Source: Eledone cirrhosa (Eukaryota). Taken from it: a stretch of 64,000 nucleotides of DNA. The stretch is from positions 193,316,001 through 193,380,000 of the forward strand of contig OZ024742.1 in NCBI GenBank assembly GCA_964016885.1, given 5' to 3'. The position numbers and the translations under genes were made by a program. Each line of letters begins with the position of its first letter. Within the stretch, counting starts at the first letter, position 1. Of this stretch, positions 54,157-64,000 are shown piece after piece. Below the pieces are notes generated by a model. That model searched no databases, was not told the DNA's origin, and was given only the letters and a program-made list of their open reading frames with translations.

Positions 54157-57114
54157 CAGAACAACAAGAAGTAATATCGGCAGATACAAGCCGGAAGCTC
54201 CGAAGAATATGGAGTGTACATACACTAAAGTCTTGCAAAAATATATGATAATAAAAATAAAAATAAAAATAATAAAAATATATAATAAGAATAGCTAAGG
54301 ATGTATATAACATTAAGAACCATATTACAAATATAGTCCAAAGCAACTAACCTAAATCTAAACAAATTTGGTTATATAGAGCAGGAATTATATATAACAC
54401 AATGTAATATAACATAATACATTATAATAATATACCTTTACCAACATTAAAATTACAATTAAAAATCAAAAGGTACAATATATACATGTATATATGTGCG
54501 CACACGCACACACACATACACATATATAACAATACGCACATCTATGTTCAACTACACAAATTAAGCCTTATTAGAAGTTTGAATATAAAAATAAGCATGA
54601 TAAGAGTGAACATAATACCAATACATCTACCCAATATACATGAGGCAATAATATGATATAATTACAAGAGACACATATAATAAATAATAAACAATAAAAT
54701 TATATAATTCAATATAATATAATAGATAATCCCCGGTTAATTTACAGAAACAATATAGATGTCACAATAAAATACAATGATAATATGTTAACAGTGTACT
54801 AACATTTACAATAAACAATATATACAAATCGATTCATACTGGGTTACAGAGTAAAAGAGGAAAAATAAATTATATAATACTCAAAAAAACACTATAATGG
54901 TACAGGAAAAATTATGATGGTACAGAAAAAAATATACAGACATCTTACATGATATGTAAAGTCTAAATATCATAATGTTACATATAATGAACAGTAAGTA
55001 ATAAGGATCAATATTACAATATTACAAAAATACAGACATCTTACATGATATATAAAGTTTAAATATCATAATGTTACATATAATAAACAGTAAGTAATAA
55101 GGATCAATATTACAATACAATATAATATAATATATTATAAATTGACATAAAATAATATATAAATACTTATAATTACAAGGTTAGTAGACAGACATATGTG
55201 GATGTGTAAGTAAAGCCAGACAGTGAATAGTAAATAGAATATAGAATAACGAATAAAATAAATAAATATAATCAACCGGAAATTACAAAACAAAAGCAAA
55301 TATATACACACTTAGACCTCACATGCGGTTAAGAAGTTAGGTAAACACTAATGAAAACAATCATTTTAATTGACTCAAAACCCTATTTGATAAATTAATA
55401 TTAAAAATATCAAAACTATCTAATAAGGTAGTATAATATTAGCTGTAGTTTAAGTCATTAAAGTTTATAAAGTTTAATGTTTCGTTACAAATGTTTACAA
55501 AAAGGAATGAAATTTTTTACTATCATATAAGTAACGATATCTAAAAAACTGACTTAAGTAGAATTAAGGTAGGCTAATGGGGACAGAATTGATGAAATAT
55601 ATGGAGGGAGCGAAGGGGCATAAAATATAGTCGATATACTATAATAAATAATAGAACGGAGCGTAAAAGAGGGGGGGGGGGGTAAATATAATCATAGTCA
55701 ATCTGGAGGGGTTGACAATAAGTTTATGTACGCATGGGGGGAGGGGGAGGGGGGAGGATGGGGGTTATCCAAAGATGAATCTGAATAAAATAAAAAATAA
55801 AAATAGAATTAAAAATAAAATTAATAATAAAAATAAAAATAAAGATAATAATAGAATAACGTAAGTGGCGTAAAGTGTGTAATCTTATATATATTAACAA
55901 GGTGTAATAGTGAAAACACAGATATGGTACAGTAGCCAAATGATTATGAGAGCTAGAATGAAGAGTCATCAAAAACCAATGGGAATAATGATGATAACAA
56001 TAATGTTGGCAAACAAAAGAACCTAAACTAAAAACTAAGTAATGGAATATATCTGCTAATGGGTACAATTTGTACTACTAGAACGTTTGAGATATTCTCT
56101 TCTTGCCCCCACGCCATTTCTAATTCTTATTTTTATTATAAACCCAAACGTTCTAGTAGTACAAATTGTACCATTGTGATATCATAATGTAACATTATGA
56201 TATTTAAACTTTATATATCATGTAAGATGTCTGTATTTTTGTAATATTGTAATATTGATCCTTATTACTTACTGTTCATTATATGTAACATTATGATATT
56301 TAGACTTTACATATCATGTAAGATGTCTGTATATTTTTTCTGTACCATCATAATTTTTCCTGTACCATTATAGTGTTTTTTTTAGTATTATATAATTTAT
56401 TTTTCCTCATTTACTCTGTAACCCAGTATGAATCGATTTGTATATATTGTTTATTGTAAATGTTAGTACACTGTTAATATATTATCATTGTATTTTATTG
56501 TGACATCTATATTGTTTCTGTAAATTAACCGGGGATTATCTATTATATTATATTGAATTATATAATTTTATTGTTTATTATTTATTATATGTGTCTCTTG
56601 TAATTATATCATATTATTGCCTCATGTATATTGGGTAGATGTATTGGTATTATGTTCACTCTTATCATGCTTATTTTTATATTCAAACTTCTAATAAGGC
56701 TTAATTTGTGTAGTTGAACATAGATGTGCGTATTGTTATATATGTGTGTGTGTGTGTGCGTGTGCGCACATATATACATGTATATATTGTACCTTTTGAT
56801 TTTTAATTGTAATTTTAATGTTGGTAAAGGTATATTATTATAATGTATTATGTTATATTACATTGTGTTATATATAATTCCTGCTCTATATAACCAAATT
56901 TGTTTAGATTTAGGTTAGTTGATTTGGACTATATTTGTAATATGGTTCTTAATGTTATATACATCCTTAGTTATTCTTATTATATATTTTTATTATTTTT
57001 ATTTTTATTTTTATTTTTATTATCATGTATTTTTGCAAGACTTTAGTGTATGTACACTCGATATTCTTCGGAGCTTCCGGCTTGTATCTGCCGATATTAC
57101 TTCTTGTTGTTTTG

Positions 57115-57159
57115 ATTGCCCTGATGAGTCCTTAATAGGACGAAACATTGTCGGCTAAT
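57115..57159 (+). ncRNA. Minimal type I hammerhead ribozyme (GUC site)
   Basis: ATTGCC-CTGATGA-GTCC-TTAATA-GGAC-GAAA-CATTG-TC-GGCTAAT. Confidence 0.9.
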
Positions 57160-57311
57160 AAAAACTTTTGATGTATTAAAGGATTCTTTGTTTTACTCTC
57201 CTAATTTTTTGGCTCTGTTTAACTGCATTGAGCTATACTTTTTACTGTCACTTCTATAATACGAAGAGGGTGTTTAACTCCAACACGCTCCAGTATTCTA
57301 ATCCTTATATA

Positions 57312-57348
<37 letters not shown>

Positions 57349-57353
<5 letters not shown>

Positions 57354-57852
57354 GAAAGAAGATTGACATGGTTTGCTATACAAAAAAGGTTTTTAATCTC
57401 ATTTCTGACAATTGTTTCTCTGAACTGGTAGGTCTAGAGATCGCTATCCGCTTGTTTTCGCGTTACACGATCGCCAATACAAAATTATAACCAGTCAGTT
57501 CTTCGGAGCATGCGAGAATACACCGAAGAACTGACTGGTTATAATTTTGTATTGGCGATCGAGTAACGTGAAAACAAGCGAATAGCGATCTCTAGACCTA
57601 CCAGTTCAGAGAAACAATTGTCAGCAATGAGATTAAAAACCTTTTTTGTATAGCAAACCATGTCAATCTTCTTTCCTGATTTATTATTACTCCAAGTGTT
57701 TACAACATAGTAATTACAGCATACTCGCAATATCACTATGAAAACGCCTTGTTGAGTCAAACCAAGCCAAGCGTTGATATCATCCACTACCCGGAATACC
57801 ATAACTGGACTACACCTAAGTGGACTGCATATAACTACTATTTGTTACCCCG
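57349..57852. mobile_element. Fold-back mini-element with long-stem-II hammerhead-like motifs on both strands
   Basis: Arms 57349-57506 and 57523-57680; CCGAAGA-[81 nt]-GAAA-CAATTG-TC-AGCA; unique tail to 57852. Confidence 0.75.
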
Positions 57853-57871
57853 TATATATATATATATATTT

Positions 57872-58305
57872 ATATACAATATGTTCAAAAGGTAACACAC
57901 CAGAGAGAGATACAGTGCACTATAAATGCTATGGTGATAGATTCCATACACTGGTGGTTTTTTCCCTGTTATATTACTAGCGCACTGTATCTCTCTCTGG
58001 TGTGTTACCTTTTCAACATATTGTATTTTAAAGAGTCAGGATTTCCTCTCCTTTGAGCACATTATTTACAGGGGGTGGATTGGCAGTATCGGTAGAGGGT
58101 CGGACGCCATGCTTTCCAGCATAGTTACGTCCCTTTACGATCTGAGTTCAAATCCCGCCGAGGTTGACTTTGCCTTTCATCCTTACGGGGTCGATAAAAT
58201 AAAGTACCAGTAATGCACTGGATAATTGCTGGCCTTGTACCTAAAGTAGAAACAATTATTTACAGGGAATGGCGAGAGTCGATGGCTCCGTTAATTTATC
58301 GTGAT
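57872..58305. mobile_element. Fold-back mini-element related to 22485-23030, interrupted by a SINE
   Basis: 57874-57921 inverted at ~57981-58026; 58036-58073 plus 58268-58305 match the reverse of 22483-22555. Confidence 0.65.
58074..58254 (+). mobile_element. tRNA-derived SINE with 13-bp TSD
   Basis: TSD ATTATTTACAGGG at 58061-58073 and 58255-58267. Confidence 0.95.
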
Positions 58306-58314
58306 ATATATATT

Positions 58315-58351
<37 letters not shown>

Positions 58352-58414
58352 ATATATATGTATATATTTTATAGCGTGGGGCTTACCGAAGAGAAATGTG
58401 CAGACGGCATTTTA

Positions 58415-58477
<63 letters not shown>

Positions 58478-58479
58478 CA

Positions 58480-58859
58480 TAAAATTAAAAGATGGTTAAA
58501 AGAGTTCCATGTATTTTATTATGCGCATTTCAAAAACAAATATCATCATGCAATAACATTTGTGTTTTCATCAGATAAAATAGGAAGACATGATATGAAG
58601 GTTAAAAAACACTTGTGGATAGTGCAGTTTTAAATCAACATATAACCTCCATATCATGTCTTCCTATTTTATCTGATGAAAACACAAATTTTATTGCATG
58701 ATGATATTTGTTTTTGAAATGCGCATAATAAAATACATGGAACTCTTTTAACCATCTTTTGACTTTATATATTATGTATACTCCAGTCCTACAAACTGTA
58801 GAGTGCTTCTTATCCGATATCTACATTGCTTTATTGTACTACAATAACACTCACCACCT

Positions 58860-58860
<1 letters not shown>
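58480..58860. mobile_element. Fold-back solo pseudo-LTR of the 52091-54045 family with two intact-looking hammerheads
   Basis: Hammerheads at 58512-58582 (-) and 58665-58735 (+): TATTTTAT-CTGATGA..GAAA-TGCGCA-TA-ATAAAATA. Confidence 0.88.
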
Positions 58861-58898
<38 letters not shown>

Positions 58899-58934
58899 GG
58901 AGGTGAGTTTTATATATATATATATGTATGTATA

Positions 58935-59125
58935 TAGGAAAAGAGTCAGGACCCCGACGGGTGAGCTCCGGCCGTTTCGACAGCTAGATCTGAACTAGCT
59001 GTCGAAAGGGCCTGAGCTGAACCGTCAGGGTCCCGACTCTTTTCCTATTACCCACCCTAATATCCATTATCGTGTATATCGGTGCGTTATGGTCCACCTG
59101 GTTATTTACCACACTTCCTACGTTA
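58935..59125. mobile_element. GC-rich fold-back mini-element (family of 23375-23533)
   Basis: Hairpin TAGGAAAAGAGTC..GACTCTTTTCCTA plus a tail whose reverse matches 23375-23455. Confidence 0.65.
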
Positions 59126-59127
59126 TA

Positions 59128-59202
<75 letters not shown>

Positions 59203-59415
59203 CGTTTCTGAATTTGTTTAGCAAGATTCTTTATCTGAAATCGTGTGTTGAAACCGATATTATTATACTTTGGGAGGGTCATGTTGTCAATAAGAAACAC
59301 ACGCACCAGTTGCTTTCACTTCAATTTAATTTATTATATATTTATAAATTTACAAATTTATAAATTTCTGGTTGGTTGGTTGGTTCCACAACCAGATAGT
59401 TGTTTATATATATAT

Positions 59416-59460
59416 AGTCATAGTTCTTTCGTCACACACTCTGTGACCTCTTCAGTGACT
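59416..59460 (-). ncRNA. Minimal hammerhead ribozyme
   Basis: Reverse complement of 60315-60359. Confidence 0.7.
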
Positions 59461-60314
59461 GGGGATTTCCTTCTTCGTTTCTGTGCCTTTCCTTTCTTCT
59501 ATCCTACGCCAGAAGGGCCCTAAAGAAACATAATCTCAATATTAAGATAGTAGAAAGACCTGGGACCTCCGTAAAAACACTTATTAGCAAGACATACCCG
59601 TTCCAAAGACCCTCATGTATAGATAAGAAATGTATAACCTGTAAAATAAGCCCCCATATTAACTGTAAAACTAGAAATGTAGTATATAGCATAAGATGTA
59701 CTGAAGGACAATGTAGAAACAAAAATATAGTGTACATAGGTGAGACAGCTCGTAGTATAGGGGAACGAATAAATGAACACTGGCGAGACCTCCAAGATAA
59801 TAAAGAATCATCTGTGCTCTACCAACATGCTAAGATAGAACACAGGGGTAAATTAGAGAGCATAGAAATAAAAATAGAATCCACACACAAGAAAGACGCA
59901 ATGTTTAGGCAAATTACAGAGGCAGTAAGCATAAAATAATTAAAACCAAAATTAAATAGAAAATATGAGTGGAACAGCAACATCACAACTTACAATTAAG
60001 GACAAAATGAAAACACACAAAAACACACACACACATAGAACAAACAACTTACAATTGAAAACACACACAAAATGAAAACACACACAAGACAAAATGAAAA
60101 CACACACACACATAGAACAAACAACCAACCAACAATAAATAAATAAATAAATAAACAAATAGAAAAATATAAATAGAAAAATAGAAAAATGAACACAAAC
60201 ACACACAGACACCCGGATGTGGCGCATGCGCAAACTGAGCACGCAACCCACACACAAACAAAATGGCGTAGGATAGAAGAAAGGAAAGGCACATAAACGA
60301 AGAAGGAAATCCCC

Positions 60315-60359
60315 AGTCACTGAAGAGGTCACAGAGTGTGTGACGAAAGAACTATGACT
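60315..60359 (+). ncRNA. Minimal hammerhead ribozyme
   Basis: AGTCA-CTGAAGA-G-GTCAC-AGAGTGT-GTGAC-GAAA-GAAC-TA-TGACT. Confidence 0.72.
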
Positions 60360-60505
60360 ATATATATATAAACAACTATCTGGTTGTGGAACCAACCAAC
60401 CAACCAGAAATTTATAAATTTGCAAATTTAATATAATAAATTAAATTGAAGTGAAAGCAACTGGTGCGTGTGTTTCTTATTGGCAACATGACCCTCCCAA
60501 AGTAT

Positions 60506-60555
<50 letters not shown>

Positions 60556-61335
60556 ACGTTTGAGTGTCAAACATGTGGAATCGTTAAAATTATACTTAGT
60601 TAACCACTTGTGGCTTTATAATCGATTATACCTAAGCCATTCAATGTATACCTTCTCAAAGAAATATATATTGCATTGTGTTGATGTTCTATAATGCTTT
60701 ATTACATGTTCATACTTTTATTTCGCTTTTCTTTATAGTAGTAACATTTTACTCAAGCTTATCCCTGTTTTGCATGATTTTGTTTTCAACTCACGCATAT
60801 AGCTAAGTTGTGGATTTTGTTTATCCTTGACATAAGCAGTTATAATAAAATTTAAAATGTCTTCGTTTCATCCGACTTTGAAAATTCAGAAGAAGTGATT
60901 TACAGAATTAAAATGTTTGTGAAGTTTATTTACATATATATTCATTCTTGGCAATCGCCAAACGATTTCAAGACGTTTATCTATTGGTGCATGCATTTGC
61001 TAAATTTAAATACCTTTATATTGTTTGCATTGATGCATTCGTGATATTTTATCTCCGGATCAAAATAGAAAACTCCATGTTATGTAATCACTAATGTAAT
61101 ATTGTTCTTTTGTTATATAAATGGTAATATATTAGTATTATTATTGTTGGATGAGCACAATCTGTAGAGCGTCAGACAAATGCTGCGCGGTATTTAGTTA
61201 CGGAAACGTAAGTTTCTATTTCAAAAATACCAGTAATGCGGTGGGGTTAATCTAATCGACTTTCCAATCTCTCCAAATTCGTGTTGGTGTGCCTATATCA
61301 GAAATCATCATTATTATTACTATTATTACTATTAT

Positions 61336-61737
61336 GACGGTGGATTGGCAGTATCGGTAGAGGGTCGGGCGCCATGCTTTCCAGCATAGTTACGTCCCTT
61401 TACGATCTGAGTTCAAATCCCGCCGAGATTGACTTTACCTTTCATCCTTACGGGGTCGATAAAATAAAGTACCAGTAATACACTGGTGAATTGCTGGCCT
61501 TGTGCCTAAAGTAGAAACAATTATTATTACTATTATCAATTATTATTTTCTTGGTGGATTGGCAGTATCGTTAGAGGGTCGGACGCCATGCTTCCCAGTA
61601 TAGTTATGTCCCTTTACGATCTGAGTTCAAATCCCGCCGAGGTTGACTTTGCCTTTCATCCTTACGGGGTCGATAAAATAAAGTACCAGTAATGCACTGG
61701 GTAATTGCTGGCCTTGTGCCTAAAGTAGAAACAATTA
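61336..61737 (+). mobile_element. Two tandem full-length SINEs
   Basis: 61336-61528 and 61553-61737; the second is flanked by ATTATTTTCTTGGTG. Confidence 0.93.
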
Positions 61738-61744
61738 TTTTCTT

Positions 61745-62322
61745 GGTGCATCACTGATCGATGTTATTTAACTGGAAATTTTGTTCAAATGAACATCAAG
61801 TCGCTACCCGCAGTATCAGATATTCAGGATATATCGGAGGGTTCTTACTATTCCAAGAAAGCCTGACTTTTGAAGTGTTCCAAAAAATGGGAGTGGAATA
61901 ATGTTCTTTAACTATCATTGAAAACTCTTCGAGCCAGTTACTAGTGCACCTTCTGACAATCGCAAATCTGTTCTGGTATCGGTTAATTTTCTCTATCGGT
62001 TAATTTTCTCTTTTCTTGCCCTCTTGTGTCAAAGGGACAGGCTGCATCTACAATCAGGCACGATCTTTTTACCATGCCAAAACCACCAGGCCAGGCCTAT
62101 TTTGTTCTAAATTCTTGTCTCTCTGTATACTGAAATCCCAAAACACCTTCACTTAATTGATTCTATCTCCGACTCTGGCTTATGCTCATACCGCTTCTTA
62201 GAATGTGGTACATTATTTAGTTTGCTTATATGCCAGTGAATCACCTTTCTTATTATATCATGCCTCTAGCTTTTATAATGAGTCTGAGCTAGGTGTTTAC
62301 ACTCGGATACGATTTGAGCCAG

Positions 62323-62381
<59 letters not shown>

Positions 62382-64000
62382 ACTCTCACTCTCTGTCTCT
62401 CTATCTCTTTATCTCTCTCTCCATAGATCCTACACTTTGAGATAGCCTCCTCCTTGTCAATATGGTGTTCACTCATTTAGTTCTGAGGGCCAGCCCATAT
62501 GCAGCCATTACCATTCCTTCTGTAGTTTTTAAGGTCTCTTCTTTCTAACCAGCTCCATGTCTGTGGGTCTCTGGATTCCGTTTCCTTAAAGAAGGTGCTA
62601 TGAAGGGATTTCTCACGATGGTTGCTCTTCTTCTTTGTTGTTATTTCCTCCTTGGACATCCCCTGGTCTATTGTACAAATCCTTCAGTACAAATTTGAGC
62701 ATGGGTCGCTTCATTTAGACACATCTTTGCAGACTGCTTTTCTGCATCTGAACACAGTCCTCTATACTGATAAGACCTGTTCCACCTTCAGATCTCTTTA
62801 AGTAGAGTCTACCAACATCACTCCTCTTGTGGAACATGCTGTAGGTAATCATTAGCATCCTAGTCTTTCCATTTCTTTTTGTTCACTAACATTCCATTTC
62901 AGAATTCCCGCACTGTTCGTAATAATAGACTCAGCTCGTGAATTTACTGCACTTATGACATTCTTACTATTTAGATGTGAATTTAGTATGTTCCTTACTC
63001 TCCTTGTTTATTCAGATTTCATCAATCCCTTCATTTTATTGTTCTTGATGTCATCTGTCTTCAGAACACCCAAATATTTGTATCCTTCTTGACTAAGACT
63101 CCACACTTATTAACACCAAATGCCATACATATATCATTGCTGAAAATACGGACAGTGTTAAAAAGTACATCCAACTCCTTCTAGCTTTTCCCAAAGAGAT
63201 TTAGATCGTACATGAAGAAGAGGTGGTTGATGGTAAGCTTTCCTCTTCCGAGTTTGTCTCATGATTTCACTTTTCGCAATGAGAGACAAGAATATGAGGG
63301 TAAGGACAAACAACAAAGGGGACAAACTATCTCCTTGGAAAATACCTCTGTTGAACTTCACGCCTTCCAAGGATTCTCCACCTGATGTTAGCTCTGTTTC
63401 CCAAGACTTCATACTTTCACATAATGGCAGTCTGATGTTGTCTGCTACCTTGAATATCTTTAGGCTTTTGGTTATCCAAAAATGAGGAACCATGTCAAAT
63501 GCCTTCTTATAACTATCCATCCCATGGCAAGACCAGCATGCCTTCTCTTGCAATAACTGATTAGCATCTTATCAATATGTAGCTGGTTTTTGTAACACGG
63601 GGCTTCTTTCAGCATCGTTTCTATTCGCCCGGCAATAAGTTACTTGTGCGGAGGTGATAGTAGATGTCCTCAAATACAATGCTTGTTAACAGTTTCCACA
63701 TCACAAACAGACATGCGATAGGCCTATAGTTGGTAACATCATTTACCCTTGATTCGGTCTTTCATTACTAGACCCGTTGTACCTTTTGTCAACCATTCTG
63801 GTACTTCACCCGGCACCAAACATTCATCGAATATGCTGTCAGGTTTTGGGTGGAGGGATGTTATATGTTTTATCCAATATCCTTGCACACCATCTGGGCA
63901 TAGTGAATGTCAGTTGGTTAGTTTATTGGCCTGCTTTTTAAGAGTTTCAGCTGTGATACTCAAATCAGGTTGTTGATGTACTTGTTTACTAACCATTTTA
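61745..64000 (-). mobile_element. R4/Dong-clade (RLE) non-LTR retrotransposon relic
   Basis: YKKAFDMVPHFWI, RGIFQGDSLSPLLF, RLYLKRSEGGTGLISIEDCV, WDFSIQRD..RPGLVV, LQKSGFLGIVRTLRYILNI*; many stops; (TAA)n-like tail. Confidence 0.85.

Larger units (their letters stand above)
54068..57305. mobile_element. Third Naiad-type PLE: inverted pair of 3' UTR/pseudo-LTR copies plus tail
   Basis: 54068-~55070 inverted at ~56190-57200; 56089-56172 encodes EIFSSCPHAISNSYFYYKPK, like the Naiad C-terminus ELIISCNH..YYKPN. Confidence 0.85.
59201..60512 (+). mobile_element. Penelope-like 3' fragment (GIY-YIG) with inverted pseudo-LTRs
   Basis: YIGETARSIGERINEH at 59730-59939; 59257-59511 inverted at 60264-60512; related to 28063-30643. 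Confidence 0.9.

Noticed and set aside
58074-58160. tRNA gene
   Set aside because: A/B boxes belong to a SINE head; no cloverleaf, and it continues into the SINE body.

Overview
AT-rich, microsatellite-laden animal intergenic or intronic DNA. The abundant tRNA-derived SINE suggests an octopus/cephalopod (inference). I found no credible host gene; nearly all listed I/Y/V/C/H/T-rich ORFs are translated (TA)n/(TG)n. The window is a nest of mobile elements: (i) a young ~15 kb Penelope-like retroelement (Naiad-type RT + GIY-YIG) at 35337-50192, built from a near full-length minus copy, a tandem pseudo-LTR and a 6 kb inverted 5'-truncated copy; (ii) at least five further Penelope-like remnants; (iii) many short non-coding fold-back or tandem elements sitting in (TA)n; (iv) RTE and R4/Dong LINE relics, Helitron/Helentron derivatives and about 10 SINEs. 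The main hidden signal is RNA structure. About 20 type I hammerhead ribozyme motifs from roughly ten sequence families can be read by eye. Several have unusually long stem II inserts (36-115 nt). Some occur as ambisense pairs in fold-back mini-elements, and one pair lies in a 520-nt tandem retrozyme-like unit. A candidate HDV-like ribozyme lies at the 5' end of a 600-bp RTE-related non-autonomous element. All ribozyme calls are by-eye folds; activity is untested.
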